A stretch of DNA of 62,269 nt, counting the filler, from Basidiobolus ranarum (lineage: Eukaryota), in assembly GCA_040143965.1 (NCBI GenBank). It is 21 parts of 21 records of this genome, joined end to end, with 100 filler letters (N's around TTAATTAATTAA, not from the genome) between each part and the next. Parts side by side here need not be neighbours in the genome. Positions count along the whole stretch, not along the records: positions 20,853 to 23,726 come from JASJQH010002905.1; positions 23,827 to 26,699 come from JASJQH010002906.1; positions 26,800 to 29,671 come from JASJQH010002907.1; positions 29,772 to 32,642 come from JASJQH010002908.1; positions 32,743 to 35,613 come from JASJQH010002909.1; 16 more parts are not named here. One strand, 5' to 3'. The notes beneath the pieces were generated by a model, which saw only the letters and a program-made list of their open reading frames with translations, was not told the DNA's origin and ran no database searches. Below, in pieces: positions 22,720 to 33,335 of the stretch (its first letter is position 1; each line of letters opens with the position of its first letter). The position numbers and the translations under genes were made by a program.

Positions 22720-23726
22720 ATGGTCGAAGAGAACAACCACAGAGAGATACCCCCAGAGCTTACTAACTATGCAAACTCCAAAGTAAAGCAATGGTACCTC
22801 AGTATTCCATGGCTGACCATCGCTATCATACTTCTTTGCTTGAGCATAAGGTTGCTTGATAATATCGCTTGGGGTGCTCTTTCTTTGGGCCCATCTCTAG
22901 GTTTAATCCCAAATAAAGTGCTAGAAGGACAGAGTAAGTTTTGACTTTTCTTCAACTTTCTCAATTTTTACTAATCCAGCATATTCTTTCCTTCAAGTTC
23001 ATCGACTTGTAACCCATCCATTTCCACAATCTGGCTTATGGAGTCTAATCCTTAATCTTTCGGTTTTCTTGCCCTTAAGCAAACGTATGGAGAGCTCTCT
23101 AGGTACCATCAGATACCTTTACACCTTAATCATAGTGTTCACAATAGTACCTGGTTTAATTTACCTTGTTCTAAGTGAACTTTTGGGTATACTTGTTGAG
23201 CATAACTTCATTGGTATTCGCGGCTGGATATTCATTCTTATATCATGGGAATGCCGAGTTCCACGTAATATAAGGTAGTGATTTTAGACGTTGCTCAAAC
23301 AATTATTTAATACTAACCAGTGTTCGTAGTGTATTTGGAGTTTGGAATATTGCTTCCAAGTTATTCCCGGTTTTCATCATGTTGGTTATGGTATTTTTAA
23401 GTATGGATTCTTCGATTCTAGTTTACCCAATCCACCTGGTTCTTGGATACCTATGTAAGCATATTAGACATTAGTCTACTTTTAAATGGTGACTGTACTA
23501 ATCATTTACCTGACAGATGCTCATGATAGACTTGAGTTTTTGAATATATCCACCTCTAAGCTTGAGAAACTAGAGGCTTGGAAAATATTCGGCTCCTTTA
23601 GAGAAACATCTCGGTTCATTAAGCTATCACAGGTGGACCCTACATTACCTCTATTTAACCAGCCTATTCCAGAAGAATCAACTGTACAATCACCACCACA
23701 AAACACCCCTTCTACGGAGCAACTGC
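22720..23726 (+). CDS. Rhomboid-like membrane protein (Rbd2/RHBDL4-type fold), catalytic motif degenerate, 3'-truncated
   Basis: Four exons: IPWLT...LGLIPNKVLEGQ|IHRLVTHPF...LILN...PLSKRMESSLGT...FIGIRGWIF...|...PIHLVLGYL|YAH. Layout matches rhomboids, but GxSG reads GIRG. Confidence 0.75.
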
Positions 23727-24201
23727 NNNNNNNNNNNNNNNNNNNNNNNNNNNNNNNNNNNNNNNNNNNNTTAATTAATTAANNNNNNNNNNNNNNNNNN
23801 NNNNNNNNNNNNNNNNNNNNNNNNNNAACCAACAGTGTTTAAAGGTCGCGGCCAATACTACTGAAGATTCTCCCCTTTGTCTTTGGGCATATCCTTTTTA
23901 GCTTGCTCTCAACTGGAGAAAGACCAGAATGGTTTTGCAGATTGAAGGAACCTCTCTCCACCAGGTATAAAAGAAAGGGTATCTTGTCAGCTAGCAGCAG
24001 TCGACCAACTCAAAAAGCAAGCAATCCTGGATAGTCATCACTACACCAAACACGTGATACGGAGTAAGTTTCTTTGCCATGTGTCTGAGCTTATCTCCAA
24101 TTTATTTTATGAAATGTCTAATTAATTTTTTTAATTCATCTCATTTTAGATTAAAACACTGTAAAAACCTCAATTTACTGATAGGGTGATGAGCCATTTG
24201 A

Positions 24202-25587
24202 TCAACTGAAGCTATTAAGAAAAGTCACATAATCTGAGTCTTTGATACTTATAGAGTCAAGTGCTGCTTGGCGTGACTCCGCACTGATGCGCTCGTAGAG
24301 TGAGCGGTCATTTAGCAATGAATTTATCTCATTGATCCAAGGTTGAATATCATTCTGAGGGACCTTCAGCGGTCCATGTCGCGTGATTTCTTCTGCATCC
24401 AATTCTCGCTCGTTGGTTGCCAGAACAACCGGAATAGTGGCATGAAGAATACCACACTTTGCTTCAGGAACTCCTCCCGCATTACTACAGACAACCGGAA
24501 TTCCTCGAAGCATAGCTTCCATAACAACATTACCAAAGGTCTCTAACCAAAGCGATGGTGCGACAAGAATCTTGGTGCGTTTCCACACTGGCTCTAGTGT
24601 GGGCATTGGGGCTAGTAGCTCAACATTGGGAAGATCGGCCAGCTTAGAAGCTTGGTATTCAGTAACATCCCAACTTCTTACCGCAATAAATTTAGTGTCG
24701 GCCATTTCTTCAGCTACCGGGTAAAAGATAGAGAAGCCTTTGAGTGTTCCCGGATTTATAGCCACAACGCAAGCGTCTGGATTATCGAAGTTCGTGTAGC
24801 TGGGAGCGTTGGAAGCATCAAAACGACTTGGGTGTAATGGAAAATGTTTTACAGGAATATTGACACTACCGTACTTATAAATGTATTCCTGGATTGCCTT
24901 GCTAACTGCCCAAACCCCTGTTACCTTCGACTCTAACACTTTCGTGTAATATGGATTATAATCCTCAGGCCATGATGCTGATATAACTGGGCTTACATCT
25001 TGGGGACCGAAGGGTAAAATATTGCTTACGTGAGTAATAACAATAGTCTTGATGCCACTTTTTTCTTGTGGCATAAACTCAGAGGCAGCATATAAAGAAA
25101 GTGAATCACTGCAAAGAAAATGGGTTGGCTGAAACCGACGAACTTCCTTTCGAATTAGCTGGGCGTAGTACTCCAGCATCTTGTTCTCCTCTCTTCCCAG
25201 AAGCCAATCTGCAGGATATACTGAAGGTATAAACCCATTCCCTCCCAAATCATCGACACAAAAAGCGACTACAGAAAGTTGATTCACTGTTAGCCTATAA
25301 AGTCGCAACTCTTTCGGAGTTTCAGTTGGGGGATGAAGAATTTCTACTGAATTGACCGTCACTTGCTTGTCCTCAATTTCATGCGAAAAGCATCCAACAA
25401 ATAATAGAGCCTCGTGACCCTGAGATTTCAGCGCTTCTAGAAATGCTTTATCGGAGCGTGGTCCACCAGCGGCTGCAAATAATCCCGGAAATACCTGGAC
25501 AATCATCACGCGAATTGGATCGCCATTCGCAAGAGGTGTGTTCACAGAGGTCGACTGTGCAATGCTTGACTCATCAGATGCCAACAT
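24202..25587 (-). CDS. Glycosyltransferase, GT-B fold, family GT4, intronless, 461 aa
   Basis: N-terminal GG loop (AAGGPRS...LEALKSQGH), INPGTLKG, and the E-x7-E motif PSLWLETFGNVVMEAMLRGIPVVCSNAGGVPE. TATAAATA on the minus strand about 50 nt upstream of the ATG. Confidence 0.92.
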   Translation of the reverse strand: MLASDESSIAQSTSVNTPLANGDPIRVMIVQVFPGLFAAAGGPRSDKAFLEALKSQGHEALLFVGCFSHEIEDKQVTVNSVEILHPPTETPKELRLYRLTVNQLSVVAFCVDDLGGNGFIPSVYPADWLLGREENKMLEYYAQLIRKEVRRFQPTHFLCSDSLSLYAASEFMPQEKSGIKTIVITHVSNILPFGPQDVSPVISASWPEDYNPYYTKVLESKVTGVWAVSKAIQEYIYKYGSVNIPVKHFPLHPSRFDASNAPSYTNFDNPDACVVAINPGTLKGFSIFYPVAEEMADTKFIAVRSWDVTEYQASKLADLPNVELLAPMPTLEPVWKRTKILVAPSLWLETFGNVVMEAMLRGIPVVCSNAGGVPEAKCGILHATIPVVLATNERELDAEEITRHGPLKVPQNDIQPWINEINSLLNDRSLYERISAESRQAALDSISIKDSDYVTFLNSFS

Positions 25588-26191
25588 CTTGGGATATGGC
25601 TAATATGCAGACGCAAGGTTCCTGACCCAGCCTATTTATATTGAGAATGGCCGTATAAGTCTATTCTTCATTTGTGGTTGTGTGAAAACCATATAAGGTA
25701 TCTTTCATGTATTCAGGCTGTAGTAGTTAGTAAATGGTGTTACCTACAAGTTGGATATGGGCCGAAATGGGTATAATTGCTATTACTGTGCTCATCAAAA
25801 GGAGTGAGAAATTCGAACCTTTTTGTCCAAAGGCCATTGGTGTAACTACGTGCAATATGTAGGTCAAAAATTGTGGTTAGGGTAACCTGTCGCATTCTTA
25901 ATATGTAAGTGTGTAATTGCAGTCCGGATTCACGATGATTATCGTTGCTATATTTATCGTGCATGCATATAGGTGGGATTATGTTGTCAGTAGCTCAGGA
26001 TAGCAAAGAGAGAATCCTTAACCAAGAGCTGTGACACGGTCTAGGATCCGATTACCATTAACCCTAGCTCTTTTTAAATTGACCACATCTACATTAATTT
26101 TAAAAGATGCTCAAGAACAAGACCTTTCTCCATCTTGGTTTAACCATTTTATTACATATGATATATTTGGCTTAATTTCTGTGGTCGAACA

Positions 26192-26699
26192 TTACTGAAT
26201 GTACTCTGCAACCTTGGAGACATGGGGATCAAACATCAGTTCATGATGTTCAGCTTCAATGGTATGTATAGTAACCCGAGGAGAGTATTGCGACCAGCCA
26301 TAGCATACTTGCTGGTCACTATCCCATTTTTCTGAGATAGCTTTAATCAAAACAATACTTGTCTTCAGTTTCTTTGCAGGTGGAGAGTATTTGTTCATCA
26401 ATTGTGTGTTATTCTCGATTTTGTCACAAATCATTCGAACAGCGGTTTCTTCGAGGTTCCATTGACCCAATCGAGAAATCAGCTCAAGATACTCCTGACT
26501 GGAATGAGCTATATTGGTTCCCGTTGATGCCAGAGGGGCTAGAGTGTCGATCACGGTCACTTTCGCTACCTCCAAGCCCTGTGCTTCAAGTTGACGCGCG
26601 GCCTCAAATGCCACAAGCCCACCAAAGGAATATCCATGGAGATAGTAAGGTCCCTCAGCTTGAATACGGCGAATGACTGTCAAATAGCTGGCGGCCCTC
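26192..26699 (-). CDS. C-terminal type I thioesterase domain, probably the end of an NRPS/PKS (5'-truncated)
   Basis: AASYLTVIRRIQAEGPYYLHGYSFGGLVAFEAARQL...VIDT...GW...EHHELM: GxSxG nucleophile, Asp and His triad positions. The frame is open to the contig edge. Confidence 0.9.
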
Positions 26700-26799
26700 N
26701 NNNNNNNNNNNNNNNNNNNNNNNNNNNNNNNNNNNNNNNNNNNTTAATTAATTAANNNNNNNNNNNNNNNNNNNNNNNNNNNNNNNNNNNNNNNNNNNN

Positions 26800-29461
26800 C
26801 AAAATGATCAAAAACTGCCTAATTTCTGGAATTCAAATCAGCCCCCCCAAGCAAAATGGAAATGTGTGAGGGTTGTATATATGGGAAAAATGCCAGGCAA
26901 CTGTTCAGTAGCTCTGGTTTAATCAAATCTGTCAAAAAATTGGATCTAATACATTCAGATTTGTGTGGTCCTATGCAAAATTTATCTTTAGGTGGAAAAA
27001 GATATTTAGTCACATTTATTGATGATTATCTAAGATGCACTTGGGTCTATTTATGGAAAGAAAAGAAAAAGCTCTCTATATCTTGAGAGGTTTTAAAACA
27101 TTTGTGGAGACTGAAACTGGAGTTAAAATCAAGAAAATACATACTCATAATGGTGAAGAATATACTTCAACACTGTTTAAGCACTTTTGCAAAGTTCATG
27201 GAATTAAGCCAGAAACTACTGCCCTCTATTCACCTCAACAAGGTGGAGTTGCTGAAAGAGCTAACAGGAAAGTAATAGAAATGGCAAGATCTATGATAAA
27301 TGCACAAAATTTATCTCAAACCTTTTGGGCAGAATCTGTTGTTACAGCTGTAAATGTGAAGAATAGGAGTTTTCCCAGAAGTCTGTCTAACTCTACACCA
27401 TATCAAGCTTGGTTTGGAGTTAAACCTAATGTAAAACATTTGAGGATCCTTTGATGTATTGCTTATGTCAAAATTATGACCAAAAATTGGTCTAAATTTA
27501 ATTCAAAAAGTAAGAAATGCTTATTTCTGGGTTAATGTATTTGAACTAAAGCCTGCACACTCTATGATACCAAAATTTCCAAGTTAACCAAGTCCTGGGA
27601 TGTATTGTTCAATGAAAATGAAAAATATGCACCCACAATGATCTCAGATGATGATAAAAATCAATTTTCTCCTGATCCAATCATTCAAATTGATTCAAAC
27701 AAAACAATGCAGAAAATAGCATTCCTGTGGACCCTTCAACCAAAATTTTGCCTACTGAAGTGCCCATTACAATACCACAAGTTGTAGTACCTCTATCCCA
27801 AACCAGGATAACAAATTGGATCAGAAATAGCCCTGAATACTATATCATTAAGTCTCAAAATTGGGCCTATGCCTGCACAGATCAAATACATGAAACCCAT
27901 ATTGTAAAAGAGGCCCTGAATGGCCCTCACACAAAATTTTGAAGAGCTGCAATGGCTGATGAGTACCAGCCTTGCCTGATAATCAAACTTGGATTTTAAC
28001 CAACTTACTAGACAATAGAAAATCAATTGGCTGCTAATGGGTGTTTAAGATTAAGTATAAAACTGATGGCAATATAGAAAGGCACAAGGTTAGATTAGTA
28101 GCCAAAGGCAATTCCCAAGCACCAGACATAGATTATAAAGAAATGTTTGCTCCTGTAGCAAAGTTTAACTCAATTAGATTGATTTTAGCAATTGCAGCTA
28201 AATATCAGCTTGTTATACATCAAATGGTTGTTAAAACTGATTTTTTGAATGATGAGCTTTCTAAGGATATCTATATGGACCAGCCAAATGGCTTTGTGGA
28301 CCCAGAAAACATTAAAAAAGCTTGCAGACTCCTGAAAACACTCTATGGTTCAAAACAATCTCCAGGAGCATGGAATAGAAAGATAGATGCTTTTTTGGAG
28401 ACACCCAAATTCCAAAAGAGTAATGCTAACTATATGATCTACTTCAGGCCAGATTAGACAAATCCAGTTTTATTAGCCTTATATGTAGATGGCCTTATGA
28501 TAGCAACCAATGACTAGAAGACTTGGGAGAAAACCAAATCAAGCTTCTCTGCCAAATTTAAAATGACTGATCTTGGTGAACTAATGTACTATATTGGAAT
28601 TCAAATTAAGATAAATTGAACTACCAAAACAATAACTTTAAACCAGTCTAAATATATCCTAGATATACTAAAGAAATTTAAAATGGAAGAATGTAATCCA
28701 GTATCTACCCCAACAGAGACAAATCTTAACTTGACCAAAAATGGTTTAAATCAGATGTTTTTGGATACAAATGAAAGCCAAAAATTTCCTAATCAATCTA
28801 TGATTGGTAGGTTGATGTACAATACAGTTGAAACATTGCCAGATATTGCATATTTGATGGGAGTCATGTACCAACATCTTCAAAATTATGGATCTGATCA
28901 AATCATAGCAGTTCAGCAGATTCTCAGATATTTCAAAGGTATTGTGGTTATGTGCTTAAAATACAAATATTGTGGATCAAACTTTGATCTGATGGGATAT
29001 TCAAACACAAATTGGGGAAGAGATATTGAAGACAGGAGATCTACAACAGGATACTTATTTCTTTGCTGTAATGAAGCTATTTCTTGGAATTCAAAGAAAC
29101 AACCTACCATATCACTTTCAACCACAGAAGCTGAATATATGGCTGCCTGTGAAGCAACAAAAGAAGCAATATGGTTAAGAAAACTCTCAACAGATTTGGT
29201 TTTTCTCAAAATTCACCAACTATAATATTTCAAGATAATTAAAGTTATATCAAATTAGCTAAAAATCCCATGTTTCATAATAGTAGCAATCATCTAGATA
29301 GTAAGTATCATCTCATTAGACAGACTATAGAGAATAAGTTTATTGACTTAACTTATTGTTGTACAGAAAACTTGATTGCTGATGTATCAACCAAAGCATT
29401 AGCTACACAGAAATTTGAGAAATTTAGACCTTTATTAGAATTAGTTTATATGATTATTTAG
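26800..29461 (+). mobile_element. Ty1/Copia pol pseudogene: integrase, reverse transcriptase, RNase H
   Basis: CEGCIYGK, IHSDLCGPM, FIDDY, PQQGGVAERANR, VRLVAKG, HQMVVKTDFLN, LYVDG (YVDD), RRSTTGY, SWNSKKQ, STTEAEY, IADVSTKAL; many stops and frameshifts. Confidence 0.96.
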
Positions 29462-29671
29462 GTGAGGGAGAGTGTTGAAATTAGCATTGCCTAAACACCT
29501 AGATAGTCATATATAGCTTAGTACTTAGTTTTCCTATAAGTCACTAAGATATTATCCATTATTCTCAATTGGAATTTACTTGGAATATTTTTACCAACTT
29601 AGAAGTTCTCAGATATATAGATTTTTCAAACTTGTTCTAGAAGCCCCAAGCTTTGCACATATGTTTCTAAG
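29461..29671 (+). mobile_element. Copia polypurine tract and partial 3' LTR
   Basis: GGTGAGGGAGAG followed by TGTTGAAA at 29473; homologous to the LTRs at 39438-39785 and 41065-41412. Confidence 0.88.
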
Positions 29672-29771
29672 NNNNNNNNNNNNNNNNNNNNNNNNNNNNN
29701 NNNNNNNNNNNNNNNTTAATTAATTAANNNNNNNNNNNNNNNNNNNNNNNNNNNNNNNNNNNNNNNNNNNN

Positions 29772-30016
29772 TCGTGCCTCTGTTGGGTCAGTTCCCCACT
29801 CACATTCTCACCTCCAACACTCCTTCACTCCGGCTTCTTTACTCCAAACGCAAGAAGAGGAGAGTGATGCTGCTGAAGAAGACAGTGATGAACACGAGGA
29901 ACAAGGTAAATTTTAGTCATTAATTATTCATTTACATTCTATTCCAACTTACCCGATGAAATTTGGTTTTAGATAAACATAAAGATGCCGATGTCTTTGA
30001 TATGGAAATGGAATAA
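29772..30016 (+). CDS. 3' end of an unidentified gene with an acidic tail ending DVFDMEME
   Basis: RASVGSVPHSHSHLQHSFTPASLLQTQEEESDAAEEDSDEHEEQ, then a GTAAAT...TTTAG intron, then DKHKDADVFDMEME-stop. Confidence 0.65.
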
Positions 30017-30253
30017 TCCATTCTAATTTATCTTTTGTTGGTCCCCCTTCCCTTCATAAAGTTCTGGCGGTTGATTTGGATCCCCCTTTTTTCTTCTTTT
30101 TTATAGATATAAATTGGCAGTTTCGTATATAATTAACTTATAATCTGGACTTGGTTTCTATTGGTGTGAACGTACACTTGCACTAACACCAAGAATAAAA
30201 TGGCGATTTCGATATGGAGACTATACTTTTAATACATATTCAAATGATAGAAA

Positions 30254-32428
30254 CTAGGATGATACACGTCCCACAAGTGGGAAAGCATTTTGTCTCAGGG
30301 AATGCAATGGGTTCTTGGAAGTCGAGGGGGAGGAGGAAGGGGATGCGATGGATCTAGTAAAAGAGAGATTAGATACGGTGACGATAATCACAAGACTCTA
30401 AACTTCACTTACTCCTCAATTAGTAGTAAAAACAATCCATTGGCAAGGAATGACACTAGTAAGATTATATACATGCAACAGTTGTTGACCAGAATGCTCA
30501 ATCCAAGAGCTGCTGCTTGTCCTCTAAAGGTGTCGGCATCAACATTCATTCTGATACGAATATAAATGATATGTTAGGAGTTCAAGAGAGGTAACAGGTG
30601 GGGGATAGATTTACCTATGAATGGCGAGCTCTGGTTGCTTAACATTAATATCAAAGAAGAGATCTCCGTAAAACCATCCGTAGCTCCCCATAAGCTCGAA
30701 GGTACTCGCAGCCACCCAAATATGTAACAGCAACAGAAACTACACCAATATCAGATTAATACGTGAAATGATCCTGGATATTCGAAAGTCTCTTCTTACC
30801 AAGCCTATCACATGTCTAGTAAGTGTATCTGAGTTCCACTCGGTCGGAATTGTGTAAGAGTTGAAAGCAACGAGCAACATTGAGGTGTAGGTCATGCTCA
30901 GCGATAGGTGGTATACACTGTTGATCAAAGTTAGCGCACGTCCCACCCTTTACATTCTTAAACGATGCTTACTTGGTCCAATTCTCAAAGCCATCCCGAG
31001 CCCCGCTACCAAAATTCTCGAAATGCTTTATCCAAAAGCCACGCTTCTTTTGAAAATATAGTATTACACCCAATCCACCGCTATGAATTAATCTCCAGAT
31101 GATGCAATGCGCGACCAAAAACCAGTTCAGAACTGAGTCCGAAACAACCGACACGATTGGGGTCAAGATCGCACAGTATAATACTATTAGTAGTACAAAT
31201 AGATCGGCAGAACGAAATAAATCTAATGCGAGAACAGTTTGACCGCATAAGTGGGCCAACGAGCTGGAGAAGTCTTGCGTCGTGTTGTTGTCTGCTGACT
31301 CGTGAGTCTTGTGATACTCTCGGCTAGTATCTGTAGGAATGTTTTAGAAATTTCACTGCAACTTCTCTCCGATATTGGTTTACTTACGAGGATTTTCAAC
31401 CAGAAGAAGAAATAAGAGCTGCGTAACATGTGCAAAGAGACTGCCATATAGAACCGTATAGCTAGATGTGATAAGTGACATTCCGTAATAACCAACGTAA
31501 CCAACGTTGTAGAAGAGAGAGGTCCATTTGTTCTCCTGTATAAAGCTTCTTCTTTCCGATTGGAAAAAGAAATTGGCCCAATCTAGATCGGATGATAAGA
31601 TCAGCAAACAACAGTGAACCCAGGTGCTCAGAAAGTTACTTACACATGGAGTGATTTTGAGGCGAACTCTGCAAGCTTAATTGAGTGCGCAATTGAAAAA
31701 CCACGAGGCTAATGCCTATACCCCAACGAAGAGTCAGTTGGAATATTGTTGACTCGGGTGATATGTAGAAAAAGGACAGCGCGAAGCAGACGTATGAGAA
31801 GAAACCATTAACAATGATCGAGTCTACAAGCTGTCGAAATAGGAGCCACGTATTAAATTCTATAGGCGCTTGCTAGACTCCAGAAATGGGATTAATTGAT
31901 GGAATTTCCAGAGCACTCGACTTATACAAACCTCATATACGTAATCCTCTCCCATTTTACTCTTTAAAACAGAAGTGACAAGCTTATTATAAGAGCTCTC
32001 CTTAGTGAAGCATCGACTTTGCTCGACAAACCGCACTAGACCGTTATCAGTACTTTGGTATCGAAGTAATAAACCAATTCCAAATTGGTGCAGTAATCGC
32101 CAGAACAAGAAGGAGTATATAAAGAAACTCTGACGTTCCACCTCTGAAAGGATAAAGAACAGTGTGATTTGACCGAAGAGCGCTAACAAAGTCAGATATT
32201 CTGCTATGGACTTTTCCACCTCAGGGTCAAATAGAGTGGTCAAAACATCGGGAACATACGGCATTCTGAAGGCTGTCGACGACCGGGTAGAATGGTCAAG
32301 TATCGTGTTAGTATTGATCAACGAAGGTATCTGTACAATACATAAAGGTAACCTTTTCCGTTGAAAGTTCTGGCATATGTGATATGTACTCCCTTCTCGG
32401 AGAAGCTCTCGTATAACTGGTCGTGCAT
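30254..32428 (-). CDS. Divergent, C-terminally shortened Cho2-like phosphatidylethanolamine N-methyltransferase paralog, multi-exon
   Basis: Spliced segments TYARTFNGK|AFRMP...LFDP...FLFWR...KMGEDY|PIEFNTWLLFRQLVD, VGYVGYYGMSL...VENPH, LDLFRSAD, FENW, SYGWFYGDLFF match Cho2 blocks. Start and stop are inferred from manual splicing. Confidence 0.8.
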
Positions 32429-32742
32429 GGTGTATGGTATTATGAACAAGGAGAATCACGAAAAAGAATAAATCACAAATAAAAACAAAAAGGTATGGTA
32501 GACGTTACAGGATGGTAGTAAAAGAAATCCGATGCATATTCAGTCTCTACTACAAGTGAGTACAGGTGCCAATTTAATAGGTGATTGAGACCGGAGTCGA
32601 GGTTCATTCTTACTTGTCCACGGTGCCTTTCCCAAATTGGCANNNNNNNNNNNNNNNNNNNNNNNNNNNNNNNNNNNNNNNNNNNNTTAATTAATTAANN
32701 NNNNNNNNNNNNNNNNNNNNNNNNNNNNNNNNNNNNNNNNNN

Positions 32743-33002
32743 AGCACAATGGAGTTGCATAATGTGCTAACAGGAACATAGAAGAGATGGCAAGATCAAT
32801 TTTACATGATCTAAAGTTAGATTTCCAATATTGGGCTGAATCTGTCTCCACTCCAGTCTATATCAAAAACAGATGCCCAACAAGATTGCTTCAAAATTCT
32901 ACTCCATTTGAAGCCCTATATGAATCAAAACCAAGTGTGGATCATTTCAGGATCTTTTGTTGCACAGCATGATGCCTGATTTCAGCTCAAAAATACTCTA
33001 AA
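32743..33002 (+). mobile_element. Copia integrase fragment
   Basis: MARSILH...YWAESVSTPVYIKNRCPT...TPFEALYESKPSVDHFRIF. Confidence 0.85.
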
Positions 33003-33335
33003 CACTTTTATCAATCCCATGACCTTTCATGCAATATGATCAAGAGACTATTATGTGACCTACTATGACTAACTACTCAAACATCATATGGATGCTGCTA
33101 AATACTCATTAATAACTAGATAACAGCTACTTAAGGGACTGTTAATACCAATCTGGGGATAATACTGATATTATTGATATACTGATAGTACTGATGTACT
33201 CATGATACTGATTGTTGTCCAACTTAACAAATACTAAGGCTGCTATGATTCAGTGAATCACAACAGAGTAATTTGGGGGTAATATTCTCATCACTTGCAG
33301 TATTGCAAAAAAGGATTAAATCTGCTAAATCAAAT

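Noticed and set aside
17877-26699. Apparent single gene cluster of NRPS, PLA2-like, rhomboid, GT and TE
   Set aside because: It spans three contigs ordered only by length. Only the GT-TE adjacency is real evidence.
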